From an uncultured delta proteobacterium (GTDB lineage Bacteria; Desulfobacterota; Desulfomonilia; UBA1062), in contig CAWCTR010000007.1 of assembly GCA_963798485.1 (NCBI GenBank), positions 1 to 64,000 of the forward strand: a stretch of DNA of 64,000 nucleotides, written 5' to 3'. The notes beneath the pieces were generated by a model. The model had not been told where the DNA came from. It saw only the letters and a list, made by a program, of their open reading frames with translations, and did not search any database. This document shows, one piece after another, positions 1-10,672 of the stretch (positions are counted from its first letter, which is position 1; every line of letters begins with the position of its first letter). The position numbers and the translations under genes were made by a program.

Positions 1-1439
1 CGTGTTTAGCTCCCATGTGGGTTCATGAAAATTTACCTAGAACCCATTTAGACCGGAAAAATTAAATAATATACGGCTGATATTCGTTAAATGGGAGAAT
101 GAACGAAGGAGAAACTAACAAGCATCTTCGTGAACAGATTGAACAGTTAAAGCGTGAGAACGAGTTGCTTAAGGCAAAAGTCAGCGAGCTTGAAGCCCGG
201 CTAGCCAAATATGAGAATGCACATACCCCGCCGAGTCTAAGGCATGGCCGCAATCGTAAAAAGGATCAAGATAAGAACAACCATGGAAAACCCGGTCAAA
301 AGATCGGACATAAAGGTGTAACGAGACCTTTTCCAACACCGGATAGTCAAATAGAAGTCACAATGGATCGATGCCCAGATTGTGGGGCAGCTCTTGGCAC
401 TCCCTTCAAAATAGAATCGAAGATTATTGAGGAAATTCCCGAGCCTCAGCCTATCATCGTCATTGAATACAAAATTGCGCATTATAAATGTCCCTCGTGC
501 CTGAAAGAAGTTGTTGCAAGCGATTCAGGCTGTCCACATGAAGGCAAATTCGGAAACAACGTAATTGCGCTGGCGACGATACTGAAATATGAGGATAGAC
601 TGCCTCACAGAAAAATCCATGACGCAATGAAGAGATTGTTTGGGTTGAAAATAAGTCCTGCTACGATATTCGATTTAACTCGTCGCGCTGCTGATGCGGT
701 TCGATCGGAATACGATGCAATTTTAAGCAAGATTCGTAGTGCCTCGATCCTGTACGTGGATGAAACTTCAATCCATGTTCAGGGAGAAAAACATTGGATC
801 TGGACATTTACTACACCATCTGAGACATTTTACGTGATTCGAAAGAGTCGCGGCATGAAAGTCCTGATGGAGGTTCTGACGAGGAAATTCACTGGCATAA
901 TCGTATGTGACGGGTGGAAACCGTATGTCAAATTCACAAAACGCTTGCAGCGGTGTTGGGCACATCTACTTCGAGAATCTAAAGACCTTTCCGAGAAGTT
1001 CGAGGAGGCGATTCCTCTGCATAAAGCGCTCAAGGAGCTTGATGGCCCCTCCCCCTTATGAATCACTGACCAAAGCTCTGGAAAACGATCCACCGCCAGA
1101 AGTCCGGATGGATCTATGGCACTTGGCGCGAGAAGCGCTACAGCATTCGATAGTGAAAGAGTACTCTGTCGAGAAAGTCCAGAAATTCATCGGCAAAATC
1201 AGCAACGGATTCGAGTACTGGTTCACGTTTATCATTCATCCAGGGGTAGAGCCGACTAATAATAGAGCAGAAAGGGCGTTGCGACTTCATGTCGTTTTGA
1301 GAAAGATATTGGGCACGCTGCGTAATGATAAAGGGACATCGATTCATGAGCGAATCATGACGATACTGGCAACATGTGGACAAAAAGGGCTGGACAGTCT
1401 CCAAATGCTAACGGCGAAGCTAGCGAGCTAAACACATAC
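1..1439 (+). mobile_element. IS66-family insertion sequence (single-ORF, ISBst12-like); left end clipped by window start
   Basis: Terminal inverted repeats: cgtgtttagctc (1-12) versus gagctaaacacatac (1425-1439; reverse complement gtatgtgtttagctc, with the IS66-type GTA end). Encloses a DDE transposase. Confidence 0.88.
99..1431 (+). pseudogene. tnpC: IS66 transposase (TnpC), frameshifted near 1041-1056
   Basis: ORFs 99-1061 and 907-1431 together give coiled coil, zinc finger (CPDCG...CPSC), YVDETS, VCDGW, QRCWAHLLR and PTNNRAERALR, all typical IS66 motifs. Confidence 0.9.
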
Positions 1440-4400
1440 CTTTTCAGAAATGGATAGTGGGCATGGACACAACTTCGCCAAAGAAAGCTTACATGTTTCA
1501 ATGGAGCCACTTCTTTTCAGAAATGGATAGGCAGATCAGATTAAGGAAATCGCTAAGATCTTCGATCTGTTTCAATGGAGCCACTTCTTTTCAGAAATGG
1601 ATAGAAAGCTTATTCCAAGGGAAGAATGTCTTCAGGAAATAAAGTTTCAATGGAGCCACTTCTTTTCAGAAATGGATAGACGGGGAAAATTCCCGCAAAC
1701 TACACAATCCATAAATTGTTTCAATGGAGCCACTTCTTTTCAGAAATGGATAGGATTGCCAATGGCTATTGCGTGCGGTTTGTCCAGTTCGTTTCAATGG
1801 AGCCACTTCTTTTCAGAAATGGATAGGGCTCGAACGGAATTCTGAAGTATTTCAATGTAACATAGTTTCAATGGAGCCACTTCTTTTCAGAAATGGATAG
1901 ACTTGATGGTATGGCAATTATCATCAGGCAAAAAGGGTTTCAATGGAGCCACTTCTTTTCAGAAATGGATAGCTTTCCTGACCCCTGATATGTTCTCCAT
2001 GATCAAGGCGTTTCAATGGAGCCACTTCTTTTCAGAAATGGATAGGTTTTCTTTCCAACGGGTACCGATGGAGAGATAACGCTGTTTCAATGGAGCCACT
2101 TCTTTTCAGAAATGGATAGATCAATGGTAGTGCTGGTCGTAGCAAGTCTATTCCTTACGGGTTTCAATGGAGCCACTTCTTTTCAGAAATGGATAGCGGT
2201 TTCCCACCTTCAATTCTATAATATGGTGAAACGGTTTCAATGGAGCCACTTCTTTTCAGAAATGGATAGACGATCTAGGTCAGGTTCGACCCGGAAAAGG
2301 AAGGGTGTTTCAATGGAGCCACTTCTTTTCAGAAATGGATAGAGTGCCCCAATAATAGAGTTATAAGAATAATTCCAAGTTTCAATGGAGCCACTTCTTT
2401 TCAGAAATGGATAGCTTTTCCCAGCATCCTTCTGGGAAAATGTAAGCAACGCGTTTCAATGGAGCCACTTCTTTTCAGAAATGGATAGGCCATTAATGAA
2501 GGAGATCCGTCCGTATACCTTGTCTGTTTCAATGGAGCCACTTCTTTTCAGAAATGGATAGATGAGTGGGTCAGGGGAGGGCATCTAACACTGAACATGT
2601 TTCAATGGAGCCACTTCTTTTCAGAAATGGATAGGCTATACTCTGCTATCCCCTGCGATTGGAGCTTCCCTAGTTTCAATGGAGCCACTTCTTTTCAGAA
2701 ATGGATAGGGAAAGTTTTTTCTTGACGCGGGAGAAGGCATTTTTGGTTTCAATGGAGCCACTTCTTTTCAGAAATGGATAGAATCATATAAGGTTGTCCA
2801 AGATTGTATGAAGGGTACGTTTCAATGGAGCCACTTCTTTTCAGAAATGGATAGATCCTCTTTTATTTCGGCGGTGTTGATGCCGTTGGGTTTCAATGGA
2901 GCCACTTCTTTTCAGAAATGGATAGGCAGTTAGCCCCAATCACCTGAAAGCAAACGTGTGGAAGTTTCAATGGAGCCACTTCTTTTCAGAAATGGATAGT
3001 TATTTACAGGAGCAACAGATCGATCAGCTCAAGATTGTTTCAATGGAGCCACTTCTTTTCAGAAATGGATAGGGTAAAGCCGGTCGAATGGATGACCCAA
3101 ACAGCATACTGTTTCAATGGAGCCACTTCTTTTCAGAAATGGATAGCGATGGAGAGGATTTTTCTTTGATCTCGGATGTGGTTTCGTTTCAATGGAGCCA
3201 CTTCTTTTCAGAAATGGATAGACCAGCCGTATGCGTTTCTGATCTCTTTATTCGCTCTAGTTTCAATGGAGCCACTTCTTTTCAGAAATGGATAGAGGCC
3301 CGAAAAACGAGAACTTGACAAAATAATGTCGGTGTTTCAATGGAGCCACTTCTTTTCAGAAATGGATAGGAAGTGTACCCAATTCCTCCCGCCCCTTAAA
3401 AGGAGCGTTTCAATGGAGCCACTTCTTTTCAGAAATGGATAGAAAGGTATCTTTGGGCATCGACTTAGTTAAATGAGAATTGTTTCAATGGAGCCACTTC
3501 TTTTCAGAAATGGATAGATTATGAAGTACGCCGTAGCAGTTTTAATTCTGCTTCGTTTCAATGGAGCCACTTCTTTTCAGAAATGGATAGAATGATACTC
3601 AGAGACAAATCATTAATCTGCGATTGATGTTTCAATGGAGCCACTTCTTTTCAGAAATGGATAGATCTCCGCAACACAGAAAGTAGTAGCCGAGCATGGA
3701 CAAGTTTCAATGGAGCCACTTCTTTTCAGAAATGGATAGTTCGCCTTGAAACGGGCATTAAAAATGTATAGCTTGAGTTTCAATGGAGCCACTTCTTTTC
3801 AGAAATGGATAGGTTGCAATCTGGTACCTATGCACTGCAATAAATATGGTGTTTCAATGGAGCCACTTCTTTTCAGAAATGGATAGGTTCGTGCTGGCTA
3901 TTGTCATCTTTATTTTTAGTCTCGTTTCAATGGAGCCACTTCTTTTCAGAAATGGATAGCACGTACGAAATGTTCGTACACAATTATCGGCATAACGGTT
4001 TCAATGGAGCCACTTCTTTTCAGAAATGGATAGTCATAAATTGTGTTGAGCATTCTTTCATTATAAAAGTTTCAATGGAGCCACTTCTTTTCAGAAATGG
4101 ATAGACAAACGACCAATTTCATTAACATATTTGGTATGTTTGTGTTTCAATGGAGCCACTTCTTTTCAGAAATGGATAGTTCGGATGGGGAAGGTTTGAT
4201 GTCGGCACCAGTTCTGTTTCAATGGAGCCACTTCTTTTCAGAAATGGATAGCCACGTTAGATTCGCGCATTGGTGATTGGACTATAGCGTTTCAATGGAG
4301 CCACTTCTTTTCAGAAATGGATAGACGACCGTAATATTGCCTGGCACGCACGCGGACACGAGTTTCAATGGAGCCACTTCTTTTCAGAAATGGATAGGAG

Positions 4401-6819
4401 GTAAAACTTTATCTTGCCGCATGTGAGTTGTGGAGTTTCAATGGAGCCACTTCTTTTCAGAAATGGATAGAATGTTATGGAGTGATTGAAAGATGGCACC
4501 AAGCATAAAGTTTCAATGGAGCCACTTCTTTTCAGAAATGGATAGATGACTAGAGTGAAGCATATTAATAATTTGGCTCTGTTTCAATGGAGCCACTTCT
4601 TTTCAGAAATGGATAGATAAGAAACAGGCCGCTGAGCTAGAGAGCAAGTCTGGTTTCAATGGAGCCACTTCTTTTCAGAAATGGATAGACGATCTGTAGC
4701 CGATGCCCTCGGAGCCGTGGAGTTAGGTTTCAATGGAGCCACTTCTTTTCAGAAATGGATAGAACGTTATGCACATATTGGCTTTCCTTGCCAAGCTCCA
4801 GTTTCAATGGAGCCACTTCTTTTCAGAAATGGATAGACCAAGTGGCTCAGAGCCTTACAGCAGACCACCATCGTTTCAATGGAGCCACTTCTTTTCAGAA
4901 ATGGATAGGTTGATGCTGCAAAATTAATCACGGAAAATGTCAGAGAGTTTCAATGGAGCCACTTCTTTTCAGAAATGGATAGTGAATTGCCTCCAGTTCT
5001 GGGGCCACAGCCACGTGAAGTTTCAATGGAGCCACTTCTTTTCAGAAATGGATAGAGATACGAGATGCAAGAAACCTACAGGGTTTATACGAGTTTCAAT
5101 GGAGCCACTTCTTTTCAGAAATGGATAGTTTTGAATGGTTTATGTAAAGACAGTATGTTGCAGCAAAGTTTCAATGGAGCCACTTCTTTTCAGAAATGGA
5201 TAGTTTAATTTCATATGGTTGCTGGTGAAAGCGAAATAAAGTTTCAATGGAGCCACTTCTTTTCAGAAATGGATAGCGAGAAGAAAAAGATGCATTGCTT
5301 AAACGTATCAAGGTTTCAATGGAGCCACTTCTTTTCAGAAATGGATAGCTACGTTCCGGCAGCCATATTACTGGCCATCATTGGAAGTTTCAATGGAGCC
5401 ACTTCTTTTCAGAAATGGATAGCTCAATAAAGGAAGGGGCGATTATGGCTTTAGAGGGGTTTCAATGGAGCCACTTCTTTTCAGAAATGGATAGCGGGGG
5501 TCGAGTTTGAACATTTTAGGATCAATACGACCGAGTTTCAATGGAGCCACTTCTTTTCAGAAATGGATAGAGCGGGTATAAGCAACGAGTTGGTAATAAA
5601 GTTTTTGAGGTTTCAATGGAGCCACTTCTTTTCAGAAATGGATAGAAAAGAAGATGGTTGGGATGCCTGCGAGGAGTTCCAGGTTTCAATGGAGCCACTT
5701 CTTTTCAGAAATGGATAGGTACTCGTTATGACGGCTTGGGGGCTTGACGCATCGGGTTTCAATGGAGCCACTTCTTTTCAGAAATGGATAGCGAAATTCA
5801 GGTTAAAGAGAGTCCGGTTCCGTTCTATGGTTTCAATGGAGCCACTTCTTTTCAGAAATGGATAGAGCAATATCCGCATTGTTGGTAATCCCGTATAGCT
5901 GGCGTTTCAATGGAGCCACTTCTTTTCAGAAATGGATAGGGACCAAGAGAAGATATTCTTGCCAATAACAAGAAGTTTCAATGGAGCCACTTCTTTTCAG
6001 AAATGGATAGTATTATCGTGACGCCATAGATGGCTGGAACAGAATAGGAGTTTCAATGGAGCCACTTCTTTTCAGAAATGGATAGAAAAAATGCGGTGAA
6101 TAACACGATTGATAATGTTAAAGTTTCAATGGAGCCACTTCTTTTCAGAAATGGATAGAGCAATATGAATTGGATGGCAGGTTGGTGGCTAACTTGTTTC
6201 AATGGAGCCACTTCTTTTCAGAAATGGATAGGCAAACCTACATTTGGCTTTGGATGTAGTCAATGTCGCGTTTCAATGGAGCCACTTCTTTTCAGAAATG
6301 GATAGAGTAGACGAGGGAGAAACCGTTATCGGAGAATGCGTGTTTCAATGGAGCCACTTCTTTTCAGAAATGGATAGCACTACCATGCGGACAGGCACCA
6401 GCTTTAGCATATTCGAGTTTCAATGGAGCCACTTCTTTTCAGAAATGGATAGTCGACTGGAAGATCAATCTGCGAAAGGTTTATAACATGTTTCAATGGA
6501 GCCACTTCTTTTCAGAAATGGATAGGTTGAAACACCACTAAAGAAAGAATATAAAGTGGGTTTCAATGGAGCCACTTCTTTTCAGAAATGGATAGCAATC
6601 GGCGCGGCCGAACACGTTTGGCCAGTCGAGAATCTGTTTCAATGGAGCCACTTCTTTTCAGAAATGGATAGATCGCGGTAAACGAAGCAATTACGCCTGA
6701 TACAGTTTGGTTTCAATGGAGCCACTTCTTTTCAGAAATGGATAGAACAGAAATCGGCAAGATGGTTGCCGAAGAGTTAATGGGTTTCAATGGAGCCACT
6801 TCTTTTCAGAAATGGATAG
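1440..6819 (-). CRISPR. CRISPR array: 73 intact 36-bp repeats (1495-6819) plus a partial repeat (1440-1457); 73 spacers of roughly 34-41 bp
   Basis: Invariant repeat GTTTCAATGGAGCCACTTCTTTTCAGAAATGGATAG on +, counted by hand, period about 73.5 bp. The reverse complement ends in ATTGAAAC (canonical 3' end), and the AT-rich leader lies at the 6820 side next to cas2. Confidence 0.99.
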
Positions 6820-7069
6820 GGCGGCCATTTTAAGGCCCTTACTGCTATCGGAAAAAACCCGATTTGCGAGCATTCCGTTAACCATACAATCATTTTATGA
6901 GTGTTTAACACTTAGAAAACAACAATTCGATATGCAGATACTTCGCGAGCATACCGTTAACTATATGCAAGTTTTTTTGAAGTGCGTATGTCGTCTCAGG
7001 AGTTTTCGTAATACTGGGCCTTCTGATAGCCCATCTACCTCCTGGACCCACTGGCACGTCGGTGCGACT
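6820..7069 (-). promoter_or_regulatory. CRISPR leader with a 17-bp direct repeat
   Basis: Non-coding AT-rich region between cas2 and the array; GCGAGCATTCCGTTAAC (6866-6882) and GCGAGCATACCGTTAAC (6945-6961). Confidence 0.8.
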
Positions 7070-7366
7070 TCATACTATAATAAACTTCTCTTCTTTATCC
7101 TCATGGTGTACGCCCAGAAATTCTATCCTATCATCAGCTCCTCCTTCCGTAGGACCCATATCAATGATCATTATGCGATCTTCATCGACCTTGATCAGCT
7201 CACTAAGAATTGCCACCATCTCCACCCTGCCCTTCTGAGTGAGATCGCAGCGAAAAACGGAATAATGGACCGGCTGGCCGAACCCTTTCATAGCAGTATG
7301 AACTCTGCATAGCCTCTTTCTGTCCATAATATCATAGCTCACTACATAGCAATTCAGTCCGCTCAT
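7070..7366 (-). CDS. cas2: CRISPR-associated endoribonuclease Cas2
   Basis: YVVSYDI...KGFGQPVHYSVFRC motifs, 98 aa, directly after cas1. Confidence 0.97.
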   Translation of the reverse strand: MSGLNCYVVSYDIMDRKRLCRVHTAMKGFGQPVHYSVFRCDLTQKGRVEMVAILSELIKVDEDRIMIIDMGPTEGGADDRIEFLGVHHEDKEEKFIIV

Positions 7367-7372
7367 GCATCA

Positions 7373-9073
7373 TCACCTCGTTGTGAAAGCCGGATACTCT
7401 TTTATCTCGCCTGAGAGAACCCTAGCCAAAAGCCGGGACTGTACTTCCAGTATCCTTCGATTGTTCACCTTATACCCAAAGATGGGATGGACGACCTCGA
7501 TCTGCATGCGGTGCTCGTAACCTGCAACCACCTTTCTCCTGGCTTCAGGGGTTAACGATATCCCGATGCCTGTCTTAATAAAATCGTTTTCATTAAGCTC
7601 TTCTTTGTTAAAAAGAGTCAGTGCCGTAGAATCAGCTATTATTGGCCGGAACTCCTCCATCATATCCAGAGCCAATGCCGGTCGCCCGTACCTGGGCTGA
7701 TGGTAGAAGCCGAGATAGGGATCAAAGCCTACAGCCAGAACGGTCGAGAAGAGTTCCTTGGTCAGTATGCCGTAGAGATAGGAGAGGACGGTATTGACTG
7801 GATCTCTAGGGGGTCTCTTATTCCTGTTTTGGAACGAGAAGTCTTGAGAGCACTTGAGCATGTTTCCAAAGCGACCAAAGTAGATCTCAGCTGCGGCACC
7901 TTCGAATCCGAGCAGACTCGGCATCCGCGATGCGCTTTCCGCCTGGCCAGCGAGCCGCTCCAGAGAATCCAGCACCTCCGACGGAACTGCGGGATCATTT
8001 CTGCGCAAGAGAATCCTACAGTTCTCGATCTTACCAGATACGATTTTCCGGGCTATGGATAGCGAGCGCGCCTCATTACCGGCCCACTGGAACTGCTTTA
8101 TGCGAAGCTCCACATTCTTGTGGCTCATGCCGAGACAGATACCCTGGAACCAACCTCCATGAGAAAAATGCAGCACAGGAACGCCTCGTTGCATCAGCTC
8201 GACAGTAGCCGGTGTGGTAATCTCCACTCCACCATAAAGGCAGACCTTGGAGAGCTCCCGGATCCTGGCATCGCTGATCTTGCCCTCATCATGGGACCAG
8301 ACCTCCAGGCGCTCGCCGCGCTTCCTAACCGTCTTCCCCTGGCCGACGACGTAAAGAGGTACCTGGTCATCCCGCATGGGAAGAAGCATCCTTACCTTCT
8401 CCTCCCTGGGCTCACTTTCCAGATTTCTTGGTTGCTTCTTTTCCGCCTCCATCTCTCGCAGCAGGTTGACCTCATCGGGCAGGCATATGCCCGCCAGAGA
8501 GCAGCGGTTGCAGCGGGAGCTGCTCTGCAAAGGAGGCGGCACTTCGCCACGCTCAGCAGTGTTTCGCAGTGAGTCTAGCAGGGCCTTTGTTCGGTCCATC
8601 AGGGCAAGATCGAACTTCACGGGCACCCTTTCCAGGGAGTGAATGAAATAGACCATGCCCTCTTCACACTGAAAGCCGTTCTCGCGCAGGGCTAGGCACT
8701 GAGCAGCGAGCTGGACCTGAAAAGGCTCATAGAGGCCCGCTGGAGGTTTGGGTGCCTCACCGCGCTTGTATTCCACGGGAGTGACTTTGTTGCCATCTCC
8801 TTCCAACAGATCTAATCGGCAGCATACTCCCACCTGCGGTGCGGTTAAAGAGACCGAGCGGGCATGAAAGGGCTGGAAATCATCTGGAATAGCGTCTTGC
8901 TCGGCATCGACCCAGCGATGCTGGAACCTGCCGTCTACAGTCTCAGCGCTATCCTGGAACTCTCCCTGAACCCACTGGATGTAGCAGAGTCGCGGACAAT
9001 AAGCAAAGGCTGCGAGCATGCTAGCTGGTATGAGATCGGGAGAGATGCCTTGATTCTGATCTGATTCTGCCAA
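7373..9073 (-). CDS. cas1: Cas4-Cas1 fusion (type I-G style adaptation integrase)
   Basis: N-terminal Cas4 (YCPR, PVEYKRG, QLAAQ, CNRCSLAGICLP Fe-S cysteines); C-terminal Cas1 (GFEGAAA, RNKRPPRDPVN, GFYHQPR, DMMEEFRP). Start placed at TTG 9073 behind AGGAGG (9081-9086), not at the ORF-track 9169. Confidence 0.95.
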   Translation of the reverse strand: MAESDQNQGISPDLIPASMLAAFAYCPRLCYIQWVQGEFQDSAETVDGRFQHRWVDAEQDAIPDDFQPFHARSVSLTAPQVGVCCRLDLLEGDGNKVTPVEYKRGEAPKPPAGLYEPFQVQLAAQCLALRENGFQCEEGMVYFIHSLERVPVKFDLALMDRTKALLDSLRNTAERGEVPPPLQSSSRCNRCSLAGICLPDEVNLLREMEAEKKQPRNLESEPREEKVRMLLPMRDDQVPLYVVGQGKTVRKRGERLEVWSHDEGKISDARIRELSKVCLYGGVEITTPATVELMQRGVPVLHFSHGGWFQGICLGMSHKNVELRIKQFQWAGNEARSLSIARKIVSGKIENCRILLRRNDPAVPSEVLDSLERLAGQAESASRMPSLLGFEGAAAEIYFGRFGNMLKCSQDFSFQNRNKRPPRDPVNTVLSYLYGILTKELFSTVLAVGFDPYLGFYHQPRYGRPALALDMMEEFRPIIADSTALTLFNKEELNENDFIKTGIGISLTPEARRKVVAGYEHRMQIEVVHPIFGYKVNNRRILEVQSRLLARVLSGEIKEYPAFTTR

Positions 9074-9100
9074 TCTTGAGCCTCCTTTTCTTTTTATCAT

Positions 9101-9120
9101 ATGATTTTCAGCGATAAAAA
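9101..9120 (-). promoter_or_regulatory. Putative promoter/operator of cas4-cas1 (TATA-like TTTTTATC plus GAAnATCAT)
   Basis: 16/20 identical to 21212-21231 upstream of the csb2-cmr operon, same orientation. Confidence 0.5.
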
Positions 9121-9153
9121 TGATCTGAGAACTGTCTCCACAAATTATCCGGT

Positions 9154-9277
9154 GTTTCAATTGGGCCACGACTTCATGTCATGGAATTTTTTACCATCGA
9201 TTCGGATGGATCATGTGGCTTGATTCGACAACAAACGAGGTTTCAATGGACCACATCTTATTTAGACATGGGAATAG
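9154..9277 (-). CRISPR. Degenerate two-repeat mini-array with one ~49-nt spacer-like segment
   Basis: gtttcaattgggccacgacttcatgtcatggaat (from 9154) and gtttcaatggaccacatcttatttagacatgggaatag (9240-9277). Both keep the GTTTCAAT end (ATTGAAAC handle) and the CCAC/ATGG core of the main repeat. Confidence 0.75.
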
Positions 9278-9406
9278 CGACGGTCTTGAGCCAGTCGCAT
9301 CGCTTACGCTCATATGCCTCTGGCCTTGCCCATCCGTCTGGCCGGATGGCTCCTGGCCGATAAGGGGGCCTATTATCCAGAGCTGATGATCGTGATTTTA
9401 TTTTTC

Positions 9407-9694
9407 TTAGGGTATGGTTACATCAATTACTTGGCCCTGAGTGAATGAGGAGTTGTGGCTGGCGACGATGACTGCACCGAGCTTCGGATCGTAGAAGGCG
9501 ATGGCAGCAGCGGGCGAGCCGTGCAGCAGGTGTAACGCCATGCCATAACGCCATATGGGAGCCCGGCCCTCGACGATCACCAGCGAGCCTCGGGGGATTT
9601 CCGGGAGTGGAGGCAGCGGCTTGGCGGGAGTGATGGGCGAGGAGACGGCGATGGAGTAGATGACGTTTGCTGGAATTGTCTTGCTCTCCGCCAT
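9407..9694 (-). CDS. csx3: Csx3/Crn3 cyclic tetra-adenylate ring nuclease
   Basis: GRAPIWRYG...H...YDPKLGAVIVASH signature, 95 aa. Confidence 0.92.
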   Translation of the reverse strand: MAESKTIPANVIYSIAVSSPITPAKPLPPLPEIPRGSLVIVEGRAPIWRYGMALHLLHGSPAAAIAFYDPKLGAVIVASHNSSFTQGQVIDVTIP

Positions 9695-10126
9695 CTAGGA
9701 TTCTCCTTCTCTCGTTTTGATAAGCTTTTGACACTGGTTTAGTACTTCCCGGGCCTTGGAAATCGCTTCAAGGGCATCCTCTCTCGTATAGAGACTCTCT
9801 GGGGGCATCCCGCTCTGTTCATCCCCGTAAAAGCTGATCTCACGTTCAGCTCTCAGAAACCGGGAGATGGAGGCGAGATATGGAATCTTGCCATTGAAAG
9901 GCTCAGGATAGCGATTTGAATACTCTTTCAAGATCGGCCCTACATCGTGGATACGCGGAACCTCGATTCGCGCCCAGAGGAGAGCAGATTTTAGCGCCAG
10001 CTCGACTGCTTCCTGAGAGCGTCGCACTACCATGCTCCAGGCCTCTTTTTCCATCAGGTAATCTGCCTCTTGTATGATGATCGAGGCCCTCGACATCATT
10101 CTTTCAAGAGCATCGCCGGGATTCAT
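9695..10126 (-). CDS. HEPN domain protein (partner of minimal nucleotidyltransferase)
   Basis: RRSQEAVELALKSAL...PRIHDVG...EREISFYG...YTREDA pattern; ATGA overlap with the MNT gene. Confidence 0.85.
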   Translation of the reverse strand: MNPGDALERMMSRASIIIQEADYLMEKEAWSMVVRRSQEAVELALKSALLWARIEVPRIHDVGPILKEYSNRYPEPFNGKIPYLASISRFLRAEREISFYGDEQSGMPPESLYTREDALEAISKAREVLNQCQKLIKTREGES

Positions 10127-10644
10127 GGTTCTATGACCTCCTCAGGGATTGATGACCTGGACAGATCCCAGTACCGGAACTTTCCCATGATTTTGCGCTC
10201 TGCGCCTCCATTCTTAAGATGCTCCTTTATCGCAGACAACAAGATCTCCAAAAACTTATCCCGGTCAAAGAGAATTATGGCTTCCTGGGACATATCCAGA
10301 TATAGAGGATGGAACTTTCTGGCCTCGTTCCGGGTGCGGATCACCTCTACAAAGTCAGTATAGATACCCTGCCTCCAGAGCTTCTCCAGCTCTGGCGTTA
10401 GCGACTCACGCATCGGGTCAAGCAGATGTCGCCTGCTAAGCATCCCAGAAGGGGCTTCCTGGAGAACGATGAATAGGTCGATGTCGGAGCCTGGGCCCGC
10501 CTCTTTGCGGGCAACGGAGCCGTAGAGGGCTATCGAGACCAGACGGTCGCCTAAAGTCTCTTGGGCTGTTGCAGAGTAACGCTTTGCGAGATTATGCAAA
10601 GCAGCGTTCAGCTCGACATTTGAAGTTGGCATAATATCATTCAC
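10123..10644 (-). CDS. Minimal nucleotidyltransferase (MNT, Pol-beta fold)
   Basis: IALYGSVARKEAGPGSDIDLFIV matches the GSx10DxD motif. Confidence 0.9.
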   Translation of the reverse strand: MNDIMPTSNVELNAALHNLAKRYSATAQETLGDRLVSIALYGSVARKEAGPGSDIDLFIVLQEAPSGMLSRRHLLDPMRESLTPELEKLWRQGIYTDFVEVIRTRNEARKFHPLYLDMSQEAIILFDRDKFLEILLSAIKEHLKNGGAERKIMGKFRYWDLSRSSIPEEVIEP

Positions 10645-10672
10645 TGGATTGATTTTGCCTTCACTCGACTTT

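Noticed and set aside
1457-6486. Short ORFs with repeated FQWSHFFSEMD / FNGATSFQKW peptides
   Set aside because: Translations of CRISPR repeats, not genes.
1458-6783. Self-targeting spacers against the IS or cas genes
   Set aside because: No match noticed by eye; needs an alignment to exclude properly.
6812-7312. 166-aa + strand ORF
   Set aside because: Runs through the leader and antisense to cas2; no recognisable motif.
9074-9169. N-terminal extension of Cas4-Cas1 in the ORF track
   Set aside because: Overlaps the degenerate repeat and promoter; the RBS points to TTG at 9073.
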